Shown here: positions 1 through 9,347 of the stretch, in pieces | How the letters are laid out: each line of letters opens with the position of its first letter | Numbering within the stretch: position 1 is the stretch's first letter | Source: Thermoanaerobaculia bacterium | GTDB taxonomy: Bacteria; Acidobacteriota; Thermoanaerobaculia; Gp7-AA8 | NCBI GenBank assembly: GCA_036399695.1 | Contig: DASWMP010000322.1 | Coordinates: 8,997 to 72,996, forward strand | Length of the DNA: 64,000 nt | Reading direction: 5' to 3' | Made by a program: the position numbers and the translations under genes | The notes under the pieces: model-generated | The model's database searches: none | What the model saw: only the letters and a program-made list of their open reading frames with translations | What the model was told of the DNA's origin: nothing

Positions 1-1
1 G

Positions 2-1645
2 TCGACGCTTCGCAATCTGGCGCAGACGGCCGTCCCGGCACTCGCCGACTGGTGCACCGTCAACATGGCGACAAAGAGCGCGGACGGCACATACGAGAGG
101 CTCGCCATCGCTCATCTCGATGCCGAAAAGGCCGACCTCGCGTGGGAGATGTATCAAAAGTACACGCCCAACCGTCCTGTCGATCCGGTGGCACAGGCCA
201 TCCGCTCGGGCAAGTCGCAACTGGTGCGCGAGATCAACGACGACATGTTGCGAAACATGAGCGCTTCGGAGGATCACTACGCGGGCATGAAGCAGCTCGG
301 CCTCGTCTCATGGATGGTCGTGCCTCTCCCCGGCCGAAGGGGACCGCTCGGAGCCGTCACCTTCGCCTCTTCCGACTCGATGCGGCTGTTCACCGAGCTG
401 GACCTCTCATATGCCGAAGAGTTCGCGCGGCAGGCTGCCGTGGCGATCGAGAACGCGGTCTTGTACCGTGACGCCCAGGACGCCAACCGGGCCAAGGACG
501 ACTTCCTCGCCACTCTCTCGCACGAGCTTCGGACACCGATGACGGCCATTCTCGGCTGGTCGCGCGTCCTTGAAGAAGGAGGACTGGACGACGACACGTT
601 CGGCAGCGCCATCGAGTCGATCGTCCACAGCGCGCAGGCGCAGGCACTGCTCATCGAGGACGTGCTGGACATGTCGCGGATCATCGCCGGCAAGATGCAG
701 ATGGATCCGCAGCCGGTCGATCTCGCCGATGTCGTGCAGGCGGCCATCCGCACCGTGCAACCCGCTGCCGAGGCGAAGGGCGTGATCCTGGAGACGCAGC
801 GGCGTCCCGGCGCGTCGCTGGTGACCGGCGACCCGAACCGGCTCCAGCAGATCGTCTGGAACCTGCTGTCGAACGCGATCAAATTCACGCCGCGAGGCGG
901 TGAGGTGGTCGCACGGATCGAGCAATCAGGATCGTTCGTCCGGCTGACGGTGCGGGACAGCGGAAAGGGAATCAGGCCGGAGTTTCTGCCGCACGTTTTC
1001 GAGCCGTTCCGCCAGGCGGAAAACGTCACCACCCGCACCCATGGCGGCCTTGGGCTGGGGCTGGCCATCGCCCGCCAGCTCGTGGAACTGCATGGCGGCA
1101 ACATCTCCGCGCGAAGCGACGGCGAAGGGAAAGGGGCTGCGTTCGTCATCGAGCTTCCGATTCGCGCGGTGCGGACCATCGACCTCGCACAGCCGGCGTC
1201 CCTTGAACCATCGGCCAAACGGCGTCGCAACGCACAAACCGACGCGGCGTACCCTTCCCTCGCGGGCGTGCAGGTGCTGGTTGTGGACGATCAGGACGAT
1301 GCGCGCGTGCTGGTGAGGACGGTGCTGGCCCGTTGCGGCGCGGACGTCACGACAGCAGCGTCCGTCCGTGATGCGGTCGAACACCTCGAGGCTGGTGCGG
1401 CAGACATCATCGTCAGCGACATCGCCATGCCGGACGCCGATGGTTTCGAGCTGATCCGGCACATCCGCGAGTCGCGGATGCTGGCTACTCCGGTGATCGC
1501 GATGACCGCATTCGGTCATCCGAGCGATCAGGAGAAGATCCTGGCCGCGGGCTTCACCGGGTATCTCAAAAAACCGGTCGAGCCCGTCGACTTCGTGCGC
1601 GAACTGCATGCCGTGCTGCAGCGATCGCGCGGCGGGAGCACCTGA
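2..1645 (+). CDS. Hybrid sensor histidine kinase/response regulator (GAF, HisKA, HATPase_c, REC). The frame is open to the window edge, so the gene is probably 5'-truncated.
   Basis: ORF 65..1645 contains an H-box (LSHELRTPM), an ATP-lid region (GLGLAIARQLVELHGG) and a C-terminal receiver domain (VLVVDDQDD...DIAMPDADG). There is no stop codon between position 2 and 65. Confidence 0.85.
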   Translation, partial: STLRNLAQTAVPALADWCTVNMATKSADGTYERLAIAHLDAEKADLAWEMYQKYTPNRPVDPVAQAIRSGKSQLVREINDDMLRNMSASEDHYAGMKQLGLVSWMVVPLPGRRGPLGAVTFASSDSMRLFTELDLSYAEEFARQAAVAIENAVLYRDAQDANRAKDDFLATLSHELRTPMTAILGWSRVLEEGGLDDDTFGSAIESIVHSAQAQALLIEDVLDMSRIIAGKMQMDPQPVDLADVVQAAIRTVQPAAEAKGVILETQRRPGASLVTGDPNRLQQIVWNLLSNAIKFTPRGGEVVARIEQSGSFVRLTVRDSGKGIRPEFLPHVFEPFRQAENVTTRTHGGLGLGLAIARQLVELHGGNISARSDGEGKGAAFVIELPIRAVRTIDLAQPASLEPSAKRRRNAQTDAAYPSLAGVQVLVVDDQDDARVLVRTVLARCGADVTTAASVRDAVEHLEAGAADIIVSDIAMPDADGFELIRHIRESRMLATPVIAMTAFGHPSDQEKILAAGFTGYLKKPVEPVDFVRELHAVLQRSRGGST

Positions 1646-1812
1646 GCAGAACGGTAGCTTCGTTGCGGAAGGCAATCTCGGAGTGCGGTGGCGAGCTTCA
1701 TCCAGCCACCGCTCTGCTACAGGTGTAACAGAGCGGTGGCTACGGAGGCAAAATGCCGCCTCCTCCGGAGGGTGTCTCAAAACGGAGCGCACACACTCTG
1801 ATGGCCTAGAAA

Positions 1813-1946
1813 CCGGCGCCTGCGGGCGCAGACAGACAAGAGTGTCTGTCCCACATTGAATGCCAGTGTGCCCGCGGGTGCCCGATATTCGGCGGAATCT
1901 GAATGTGGGACAGACACTCCTGTCTGTCCGCGCCCGCAGGCGCCGG
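1813..1946. repeat. R1 REP-like element: two inverted 44-bp arms (core ATGTGGGACAGACACTCYTGTCTGTC) flanking a ~46-bp spacer.
   Basis: Arms at 1813-1856 and 1903-1946 are near-perfectly complementary. The same 26-bp core recurs at 18302, 26656/26730 and 40824. Confidence 0.85.
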
Positions 1947-2030
1947 TTCATCGGCGGCAGAACCAAGGGAGAGATCGAGGCGCACCGTTTTGAGACACCC
2001 TCCGTTCGCCACCGCACTCCGAGATTTAGC

Positions 2031-3020
2031 TCAGCTCACGCGCAGCACGATCTTGCCGAAATGCTCGCTGGTGGCCATCAGGCGATGGGCGTCGGCGGCT
2101 TGCTCCAGCGGGAGTACCGTGTGCACCACCGGGCGGATGCGCCCTGCTGCGAGGTCATCGCCGAACCTCGCGAGAAACGACCGCACAAGCGCCCCTTTCT
2201 CTACGGCTGGCCGCGCGCGCAGGACCGACCCGATGATCTGCACGCGTTTCATCAGCAGCTTGCCGACATTCACACTTGCTTCGCGCTCGCCGCCCATCGA
2301 GCCGATCAGGACGATCCTGCCGCCTACGGCCACGGCATCGAGATCGCGCGGCAGATACGTCGCGCCGAGGTGATCGAGGATTACGTCGACGCCGCGGGCG
2401 CGCTCGGCGAAATCCTCGGTGCGGTAGTTGATCGCTGCATCCGCGCCGTGCTCCACGCACCGGCGGCACTTTTCGTCGGACCGCGCGGTGACGAGCACGC
2501 GCATGCCGGCGCGCTTGCAGAGCGTCGTGGCAGCGGTGCCGACGCCGCTGCCGCCGCCGTGGATCAGCACCGACTCCCCTTCGCGCGCACGGGCCAGTTC
2601 GAAGATGTTGAGGAAGGCGGTGAGGAACACCTCAGGCATCGCCGCCGCTTCTTCGTCGGAGAGCGCATCGGGCACGTGCATCGCCGAGCCGGCGTGCACG
2701 ACGACATCCTCGGCGTAGCCGCCGCCCGGCAGCAGGGCCATGACGCGGTCGCCCGGCCGCCAGCCTTCGACGTTCGCGCCAGCTTTCAGCACCACGCCGG
2801 AGCACTCGAGCCCGAGGATGTCGGAGGCGCCCGGAGGGGGCGGATAGGAGCCTTCGCGCTGATAAAGATCGGCGCGGTTCACGGCCGTCGCGGCGACGCG
2901 GATGCGCAGGTCGTCGGGGCCCATCGACGGAGCGGTTGTGTCGCCGAGGTAAAGAACGTCTTCGTCGCCGAAGCCACGACAGAGGATTGCACGCATGGCC
3001 GCGATACTATGTCGCCTCAT
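2031..3020 (-). CDS. NADPH:quinone oxidoreductase (zinc-type alcohol dehydrogenase / MDR family). The start could instead be the second Met at 2996.
   Basis: 329-aa ORF with GroES-like and Rossmann motifs (GGGSGVGTAA) typical of Qor/MDR enzymes. GC3 is high. Confidence 0.85.
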   Translation of the reverse strand: MRRHSIAAMRAILCRGFGDEDVLYLGDTTAPSMGPDDLRIRVAATAVNRADLYQREGSYPPPPGASDILGLECSGVVLKAGANVEGWRPGDRVMALLPGGGYAEDVVVHAGSAMHVPDALSDEEAAAMPEVFLTAFLNIFELARAREGESVLIHGGGSGVGTAATTLCKRAGMRVLVTARSDEKCRRCVEHGADAAINYRTEDFAERARGVDVILDHLGATYLPRDLDAVAVGGRIVLIGSMGGEREASVNVGKLLMKRVQIIGSVLRARPAVEKGALVRSFLARFGDDLAAGRIRPVVHTVLPLEQAADAHRLMATSEHFGKIVLRVS

Positions 3021-3022
3021 TT

Positions 3023-3952
3023 ATGGAGTCGAACGGTACCGCCATCTACTGTCAGGGTTTGAAGAAGTACTACGCCGACGTCAAAGCCGTCGACGGGCTC
3101 GATCTGTACGTCGAGCGCGGTGAGTGCTTCGGTCTCCTCGGGCCGAACGGCGCGGGGAAAACGACGACGATCGAGATTCTCGAGGGGCTGAACGAGCCCG
3201 ATTCGGGCGACGTGCGCGTGCTCGGCCGCACCTGGAAGGACGACGAGCGCGAGCTGCGGGAGCGCATCGGCCTCTCGCTCCAGGAGACGCAGCTCAGCGA
3301 CAAGCTGTCGGTCTACGAGACGCTGCGTCTCTTCCGCTCGTTCTATCGCGAAGGACACGATCCGGACGCGATGCTGCGCGATCTGTCGCTCGACGAAAAG
3401 CGGAACGCGCGCGTCGGGAAGCTGTCGGGCGGGCAGAAGCAGCGGCTGGCCGTGGCCTGCGCGCTGGTCGGCGAGCCGGACCTGCTGTTCCTCGACGAGC
3501 CGACGACGGGGCTGGATCCGCAGAGCCGCCTGCAGTTGTGGGAGGTCGTGGCCCGCTTCCGCGAGAAGGGGGGGACGATCCTGCTGACGACGCATTACAT
3601 GGACGAAGCGGAGCGCCTCTGCGACCGCATCGCCATCGTCGATCACGGCCAGCTCATCGCCCTCGGCACGCCGAAGGAGCTGATCGCGAAGCTGGAGGCG
3701 CCGAACATCATCGAGTTCACGAGCGAGCCGACGCTGTCTCCCGACGCGTTCAACGCGATCTCCGGCTGCCACGGCGCGACGCAGCGCGGCAACGGCTGGC
3801 TGCTGCGCGTCGATTCGCTGGCCGAGGCGGTGCCGCAGGTGCTCGGGGTGATCGAGGCACGCGGCTCGAAGCTCGTGACGCTGTCGACGCACGCGGCGAC
3901 GCTGGAGGATCTGTTCGTCTCGCTGACCGGCAGGGAGTTGCGCGATGCCTAA
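3023..3952 (+). CDS. ABC transporter ATP-binding protein (DrrA-like).
   Basis: Walker A (GPNGAGKTT), ABC signature (LSGGQKQRL) and Walker B (LLFLDEPTTGLD) are present. The start was taken at the Met of MESNG; the stop overlaps the start of the next gene. Confidence 0.9.
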   Translation: MESNGTAIYCQGLKKYYADVKAVDGLDLYVERGECFGLLGPNGAGKTTTIEILEGLNEPDSGDVRVLGRTWKDDERELRERIGLSLQETQLSDKLSVYETLRLFRSFYREGHDPDAMLRDLSLDEKRNARVGKLSGGQKQRLAVACALVGEPDLLFLDEPTTGLDPQSRLQLWEVVARFREKGGTILLTTHYMDEAERLCDRIAIVDHGQLIALGTPKELIAKLEAPNIIEFTSEPTLSPDAFNAISGCHGATQRGNGWLLRVDSLAEAVPQVLGVIEARGSKLVTLSTHAATLEDLFVSLTGRELRDA

Positions 3953-4985
3953 ACCGATTCATGCTCCGCTCATCGAGCTGACGATCGTCCGTCTCAAGGA
4001 GTTCGTGCGGGAGACGGAGGCGCTGTTCTGGGTCTTCGGGTTCCCGCTGGTGCTGACGCTGGCCCTCGGTTTCGCCTTCCGGGAGAAGGCGCCCGATCGC
4101 ATTCCGATCGGCGTCGTCGCGGGCGCACAGGCGGAGTCGATGCGCGCGGCGCTGGCGAAGTCGCCCGCGCTGATGCCGCGCATCTATCCGGAGAACACGG
4201 GCCGCGAAGAGCTGCGCCGCGGGAAGATCTCGCTGCTGGTGGAAGCGGGGACGCCGCCGGTGTATCGCTTCGACGCGACGCGTCCGGACGCACGCACGGC
4301 GCGTGTGGAAGCAGACGACGCGCTGCAGGCCGCGGCCGGCCGTCGCGATGCGTTCGCCGCGCGCGAAGAGAAGGTGACGGAGCAGGGCTCGCGCTACATC
4401 GACTTCCTCGTCCCGGGCCTCCTCGGGATGAATCTGATGGGCACGGGCCTGTGGGGCATCGGCTTCTCGGTCGTGAACATGCGCCTCAAGAAGCTGCTCA
4501 AGCGCCTGGTGGCGACGCCGATGCGCAAGAGCCACTACCTGCTGGCGCAGTTCCTCTCGCGGCTGGTCTTTCTGGTGATCGAGGTGGCTGTGCTGGTGGT
4601 CTTCGCCTGGCTGGTCTTCGGCGTGGCCGTGCGCGGCCCGATCCTGGCGCTGTCGGTGGTCTGCCTGCTGGGCGGGATGGCCTTCGCCGGGCTGGGGCTG
4701 CTGATCGCATCACGCGCCCGGACGCTGGAAGGTGTCAGCGGTCTGATGAACTTCGTGATGATGCCGATGTGGCTCTGCTCCGGCGTGTTCTTCTCGTACG
4801 AGCGGTTCCCGGACGCGATCAAGCCGTTGATCCGGGCTCTGCCGCTGACCGCGCTGACCGACGCCCTGCGCGCGGTGATCAACGACGGCGCCGGCCTGAT
4901 GGCGGTGATGCCGCAGATGATCAACCTGCTGGTGTGGTCGGTGATCACGTACGTGGTGGGGTTGAAGATTTTCCGGTGGCAGTAG
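3945..4985 (+). CDS. ABC-2 family transporter permease.
   Basis: 346-aa protein with multiple hydrophobic helices. It is translationally coupled to the upstream ATPase. Confidence 0.85.
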   Translation: MPKPIHAPLIELTIVRLKEFVRETEALFWVFGFPLVLTLALGFAFREKAPDRIPIGVVAGAQAESMRAALAKSPALMPRIYPENTGREELRRGKISLLVEAGTPPVYRFDATRPDARTARVEADDALQAAAGRRDAFAAREEKVTEQGSRYIDFLVPGLLGMNLMGTGLWGIGFSVVNMRLKKLLKRLVATPMRKSHYLLAQFLSRLVFLVIEVAVLVVFAWLVFGVAVRGPILALSVVCLLGGMAFAGLGLLIASRARTLEGVSGLMNFVMMPMWLCSGVFFSYERFPDAIKPLIRALPLTALTDALRAVINDGAGLMAVMPQMINLLVWSVITYVVGLKIFRWQ

Positions 4986-5013
4986 CGGAGAACGATGGAA
5001 CCAAGGGGGGTTC

Positions 5014-5052
5014 TCATTGGTCCTATTGGTCCCATAGGTCCCATCTGTCCCG
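5014..5052. repeat. R6 tandem 9-mer repeat (GGGACCWAT units, reverse orientation).
   Basis: cattggtcctattggtcccataggtcccatctgtccc. The same 9-mer family occurs at 14605, 22283, 42896 and 56901. Confidence 0.8.
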
Positions 5053-5057
5053 CTTGT

Positions 5058-5534
5058 TTACCGCCGCCCGAACCCCGCGCCATTGGTGGCCTCATAGCGG
5101 GTCACGTGATCGGTAAACCAGATCCGGTAGCCATACTCGTTTTTGGAGTAGTGCAGGATCGTGCCGCGCATGGTGCAGCGGCAGGGCTCGTCCTCGACTG
5201 ACAGATCGCGCAGGTGGATGGGGTAGTGGCCGCGCGTTTTGCGGAAGTCGTTGAGGGCGGCGCGTACGACCTCGCCGCGCCGGAGGCAGTCGGCGAAGGC
5301 GCGGTGCCACGAGGCCTGGCCGGCGAGGAGGCCAAACAGGGCAGCGACGCCCGTGACGAGCATGGCCGCGCGGGAGCCGGACCACCACGCCAGCACAGCG
5401 GTGGCGAGAGGGATGGTCACCAGGAAGACGTACTGCACGTAGCCGAGCTCACCCCGCTCGCCGAGTGCCCAGCCAGAAAAAAACGCCGCGCCGGCGGCTG
5501 CCAGCGCGGCGCGTCGTACTCGAGGAAACGGCAT
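5058..5534 (-). CDS. Hypothetical membrane protein (two N-terminal transmembrane helices plus a soluble domain).
   Basis: 158-aa ORF with good GC3 bias and no recognisable family. Confidence 0.45.
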   Translation of the reverse strand: MPFPRVRRAALAAAGAAFFSGWALGERGELGYVQYVFLVTIPLATAVLAWWSGSRAAMLVTGVAALFGLLAGQASWHRAFADCLRRGEVVRAALNDFRKTRGHYPIHLRDLSVEDEPCRCTMRGTILHYSKNEYGYRIWFTDHVTRYEATNGAGFGRR

Positions 5535-6181
5535 CAGAAGGAGAATACGACGCCGAAGCTGGCCTCTCCCTGGAAAAAGTCGTCCGTCTCGTCGTCGCAG
5601 AAGACGCAGTCGTCGTCGCGGTTCTCGTCCGTCGCGGTGAAGTAGCCGCGTCCTTCGAAGCGGAAGCCGACGTTGCGGCTCACCGGGATCTTGACGCCGC
5701 CGCCAGCCGAGGCGGAGAAACGGGTTTCGTCCGTGAAGCCGGCGATCTGAGGATCGAGATTGGCGATCCCGGCGCTGACGACGAAGAACGGCTGGAAGTT
5801 CTGCGAGGTGCCGACGGGGATGCGCAGGCCGGCGTGGACGTACGTGACGTCGAAGTCGGCGATGCTGTCATCCGGATCGAAGAGACCGTCCTCTTCCTGC
5901 AGCTCGGACGCCTGGTGGTTCGCCAGCAACTCGATCTTGAAGCCGCTGTCGCCGACCGGGATCGAGAGGATGCCGCCGAAGGACGGGCTGCTCTCCACCT
6001 GAAGGTGCCCGAAGAAGGTGAAGTCGTCGATCGGCACGCTGCCGCCCCAGCGATAGCCGAGCATCGGCGTGATCTCGAACGAGTTGTCACGGCCGGCGTA
6101 GTAGCGGCTTCGGTCGCGGTTCTGAGCGAACAAGGTGGTTGGAAGAAGAATCAGGAGAATCAGAAAAAGGTACTTACGCAT
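5534..6181 (-). CDS. OmpW-like outer-membrane beta-barrel protein with an acidic loop insert.
   Basis: Signal peptide (LLILLPTTLFAQ), alternating amphipathic strands and a C-terminal Phe. GGAGG lies 7 nt before the ATG. It is a paralogue of the gene at 21622..22266. Confidence 0.65.
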   Translation of the reverse strand: MRKYLFLILLILLPTTLFAQNRDRSRYYAGRDNSFEITPMLGYRWGGSVPIDDFTFFGHLQVESSPSFGGILSIPVGDSGFKIELLANHQASELQEEDGLFDPDDSIADFDVTYVHAGLRIPVGTSQNFQPFFVVSAGIANLDPQIAGFTDETRFSASAGGGVKIPVSRNVGFRFEGRGYFTATDENRDDDCVFCDDETDDFFQGEASFGVVFSF

Positions 6182-6229
6182 TGAGGCCTCCGGTCAAAAG
6201 TTCGCTCTGGTCGTTACAATCCGCGGACC

Positions 6230-6970
6230 ATGAAAGTCGCCACCTGGAACGTGAACGGAATCCGCGCTCGGCACGAGCAATTCGTCGAGTGGGTCGGGCA
6301 GGAACAGCCGGACGTGATCTGCCTTCAGGAGCTCAAGGCGAAGCGCGAGCAAATCCCGCAAACCTGTTTCCTGGAAGGGTATACGTGCTACTGGCATGGC
6401 GCGTCCGGCTACTCGGGCGTCGGCCTGCACGTGCGCCGCGAATTCGCCTCGGATGCTCAATACAGCCACCCGGCCTTCGACGTGGAGACCCGGATCGTAC
6501 AGGCCCAAATTGGTGACACTGTGTTCACCAGTGTGTACGTTCCGAACGGTGGGAAGGACTTCGAGGCGAAGATCGCCTTCATCAATTCGCTCATCGGCTA
6601 CGCCGCTTCGGTGCATGAACGGGGTCTCAAGCTCGTCCTTTGCGGCGACATGAACATTGCCCGGACGGAGCAGGACGTCCACCCGAAAGAGCGCAAGCCC
6701 CGCGCAATCGGCCAGTTGCCGATGGAGCGCGAGCTGTTCGAGACGCTCCTGAACCAGGGGCTGGTGGACGTCGGCCGCATGCTCTACCCCGACGACGACA
6801 ACTACTTCTCCTGGTGGGCCCCCTGGCGCCAGATGCGCGACCGCAACATCGGCTGGCGCCTCGATTACGTCCTGGCCAGCGAGTCCCTGGCGAAGACGGC
6901 CGTCTCCTGCCCGAGTTACCGCGAGGTGGGGACGAGCGACCACGCGCCGGTGGTGGCCACGTTTGGTTAG
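6230..6970 (+). CDS. xth: Exodeoxyribonuclease III.
   Basis: MKVATWNVNGIRAR...SDHAPVVATF is the canonical ExoIII/APE1 fold and motif set. Confidence 0.92.
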   Translation: MKVATWNVNGIRARHEQFVEWVGQEQPDVICLQELKAKREQIPQTCFLEGYTCYWHGASGYSGVGLHVRREFASDAQYSHPAFDVETRIVQAQIGDTVFTSVYVPNGGKDFEAKIAFINSLIGYAASVHERGLKLVLCGDMNIARTEQDVHPKERKPRAIGQLPMERELFETLLNQGLVDVGRMLYPDDDNYFSWWAPWRQMRDRNIGWRLDYVLASESLAKTAVSCPSYREVGTSDHAPVVATFG

Positions 6971-6975
6971 GGGCT

Positions 6976-7082
6976 AGTTGTTGGTTGTTGGTTGTTGGTT
7001 TTTGGTGGGGCTGAGGACCTGCGCGGTTGTTGGTACCGCCCAGGGCGGCGGCACCAACAACCAAAAACCAACAACCAACAAC
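6976..7082. repeat. R3 MITE-like palindrome (TTGGTTGTTGG arms).
   Basis: gttgttggttgttggttgttggtttttggtgggg pairs with ccaccaacaaccaaaaaccaacaaccaacaac. Other copies sit at 36958 and 50921. Confidence 0.8.
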
Positions 7083-7090
7083 GGTTTTGC

Positions 7091-7705
7091 TTACTCCAAC
7101 ACCACCAACACCACCCGCCGGTTCACGGAGCGGCCGTCGCGGGTCTTGTTCGACTCGACCGGGAGGGTGTCGCCGTAGGAGATGGTGGACATGCGGGCGA
7201 GGGGGAGTTTGTGCTCGCGGGAGAGGTAGCGGCGGACGGAGTCGGCGCGGCGCTGGCCGAGCTCGTCGTTGTAGGGCGTGGGGCCGGTGTCGTCGGTGTG
7301 GCCCTGGATCTCGATGAAGTACTGCGACTCCGTTCCCTTCACCTTCGAGGCGAATTCGTCGAGGGCGGCGCGGGCCTGGTCATTCAGGTCGTACGAGTCG
7401 AGCTTGAACTTGACGCGGTCCTCGGAGAACGACTGCTCGAAAACGACGTTGCCTTTGGCCAGCACGCCGGCTTCCTGGGCGCGCTGCAGTGCTTCGCGGG
7501 CTTCGCGGCTCAGCTCAGCGAGACGGACGTCGGTCTGCTTCTGCTTTTCCTGCAGGTCTTCGACCTGCGAGGCGACGGACTCGATCTTCTCGTTCGACTG
7601 GGCCTGGGCGTCGGCGATCTTGCGATCGACGGACTTCGAGGTGGCGCATGCGCCGAGGAGCAGGGCGAGGGCTGTGACCGAGAGTGCGTTCGTTACCTTC
7701 TTCAT
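7091..7705 (-). CDS. OmpA-family lipoprotein (peptidoglycan-associated).
   Basis: Lipoprotein signal (LLLGAC), a coiled-coil region, and a C-terminal OmpA-like domain (IEIQGHTDDTGP...NRRVVLVV). Confidence 0.85.
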   Translation of the reverse strand: MKKVTNALSVTALALLLGACATSKSVDRKIADAQAQSNEKIESVASQVEDLQEKQKQTDVRLAELSREAREALQRAQEAGVLAKGNVVFEQSFSEDRVKFKLDSYDLNDQARAALDEFASKVKGTESQYFIEIQGHTDDTGPTPYNDELGQRRADSVRRYLSREHKLPLARMSTISYGDTLPVESNKTRDGRSVNRRVVLVVLE

Positions 7706-8709
7706 TACTTCCCTTCCTTTCGTTGCTGCGGTTTTTTCCGCGAAGCGGCGGCACTCATGACCGGCGGTTCGGTGCCTCGGTACCCGGCGCGCACCCTGAC
7801 GGATTGCACGCGCCCCGCAAGCTTCAGGGTGATGCGGCGGTACTTGACGGCGCCTTTTCCCGTCGGCGAAAAGCCGATGAGGTACTGCGCGCGGAGCTCT
7901 TGTTCGATGCCATCGAGGGCTTTGCCGAGCTGCGCCGGCCGGTTGCCGACGTAGAGCTTCCCTCCTGTGAGCGTCGCCAGATCGCCGAGCAGGGCAAGGT
8001 CCGACGACGACTCTGAAGTCTTCGTTTCTTTCGTGAATTCGCCCGGCTCACGGAGGCCGACGGCGTAGATCGGCACCGCCACGCCTTCGAGCAGTCGCGC
8101 GATCTGCGGGCGGGTGAGCTGCGAGTTGTTGTCGATGCCGTCGCTCAGCAGGACGATGGCACGCGTCGGATTCGTCCCGAGCTGGCTGCGCTCCGGGATG
8201 TCGGCCACGGCGTCGAAGAAGGCCGTCTTGCCGTATGGTTCGAGCTTGTCCATGGCCACCAGGATCGGGGCCGGGTCTGTGGTGAAGGGGACGATCTCGC
8301 GTGCCTGCCCTTCAGCGAAGACGTACAGGCTGAAGTCGTCCCCAGTCTTGCGGCGGGAGATGAGCGTCGTGACGGCCGCACGCGCGGCCTCGAGCTTGCC
8401 GGCGAGCCCCATCGAGCCGGAGCCGTCGACGAGGAGCGTCCAGGAGACGGGGGCGTTCATCGACTTCTCGAACATGTCGCTCGGGACGGGCCGGCCGTCG
8501 ATCATCAGCGACACTTCTTTGGCGTCGAGGTTGGTGATGGGAACGCCGCGGGAGCCGAGCACCGTGAAGGGGATCATCACGTAGCTGACGGACAGCTCCT
8601 CGGTCACCTGGGCGGTGACGCCGGCTGCGACGAGCAGGAGAAAGAGCGTAAACCTGGCTGCCCGTCTCATGCGCGATGTCAACAAATAACTTCGTCCGCG
8701 CGATTTCAC
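7705..8709 (-). CDS. von Willebrand factor A domain protein. An alternative start is Met 8670.
   Basis: MIDAS motif DGSGSM in a vWA fold, preceded by a signal peptide. The stop overlaps the start of the OmpA-like gene. Confidence 0.8.
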   Translation of the reverse strand: MKSRGRSYLLTSRMRRAARFTLFLLLVAAGVTAQVTEELSVSYVMIPFTVLGSRGVPITNLDAKEVSLMIDGRPVPSDMFEKSMNAPVSWTLLVDGSGSMGLAGKLEAARAAVTTLISRRKTGDDFSLYVFAEGQAREIVPFTTDPAPILVAMDKLEPYGKTAFFDAVADIPERSQLGTNPTRAIVLLSDGIDNNSQLTRPQIARLLEGVAVPIYAVGLREPGEFTKETKTSESSSDLALLGDLATLTGGKLYVGNRPAQLGKALDGIEQELRAQYLIGFSPTGKGAVKYRRITLKLAGRVQSVRVRAGYRGTEPPVMSAAASRKKPQQRKEGK

Positions 8710-8774
8710 TACCTGTTATTTGGGTCCTGAGCTGTCGCGCTGCCTAGGGACAATATTTGCGCGGCCCGCCGGCC

Positions 8775-9185
8775 TCAGCCGCGTTTGAGAGGGATAAACG
8801 TCTGATCTTCCTGGTGTCTACGCTCCCAGCGGAGGAAGTCGTAATAGCCGCAGGTGGGGCGGTCCGGGTACTCGTGGCAGACGCCGGGACGGGCCGTGTA
8901 GACCGAGCAGCGGCGTGTTTCGAGATCGATGAACATACAGATCGAGCCGTAGATCTCGTCCTTCTGATGCCGCAGGACCTGTTCGCCTTCGACGACTTTC
9001 GTGAAGCGCTTCGCGGCGACGTCGAGCTCGATGCCGAAGTGGCGCGCCAGCCGGCCGAGGTCGCGCTTCGTGACGATGATCCGGTCGTAGCTGCAGCAGT
9101 ACGCCGGGCACTTGAGGCAGTCGTAGAACTTGCGCGGGGCGATCGTCGGCATGTCGGACATGGATGCGTTCCAGTGTAATGGCAT
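8775..9185 (-). CDS. YkgJ-family cysteine-cluster protein (UPF0153).
   Basis: CLKCPAYCCSY...C...C pattern. The N-terminal 60 residues of the long ORF look spurious, so the start was taken at Met 9185 (alternatives 9162 or 9153). Confidence 0.65.
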   Translation of the reverse strand: MPLHWNASMSDMPTIAPRKFYDCLKCPAYCCSYDRIIVTKRDLGRLARHFGIELDVAAKRFTKVVEGEQVLRHQKDEIYGSICMFIDLETRRCSVYTARPGVCHEYPDRPTCGYYDFLRWERRHQEDQTFIPLKRG

Positions 9186-9209
9186 CGCCCTCGCTCCGCC
9201 ATCACCGTC

Positions 9210-9347
9210 ATGACCAAATACGACAAAGAGCTCGACACCCGGACGGACGAGTACGAAGAGGCGATGAAGCCGAAGCGCGATGAGGAAGAGGTGCAGCGCG
9301 AGTTGCGCGACGCGCAAAAGGACGAGGAAGCGAAGCAAGACGAATGA
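9210..9347 (+). CDS. Candidate 45-aa highly charged (K/E/D-rich) small protein, translationally coupled to the downstream hydrolase.
   Basis: ATG at 9210. The TGA stop (9345-9347) overlaps the ATG of the next gene (9344), giving an ATGA junction. The ORF is below the cutoff of the supplied ORF track. Confidence 0.35.
   Translation: MTKYDKELDTRTDEYEEAMKPKRDEEEVQRELRDAQKDEEAKQDE

Noticed and set aside
926-2017. 363-aa minus-strand ORF overlapping the histidine-kinase gene.
   Set aside because: It lies antisense to a well-supported kinase CDS, is Arg/Pro-rich, and its 5' part runs through the R1 repeat.
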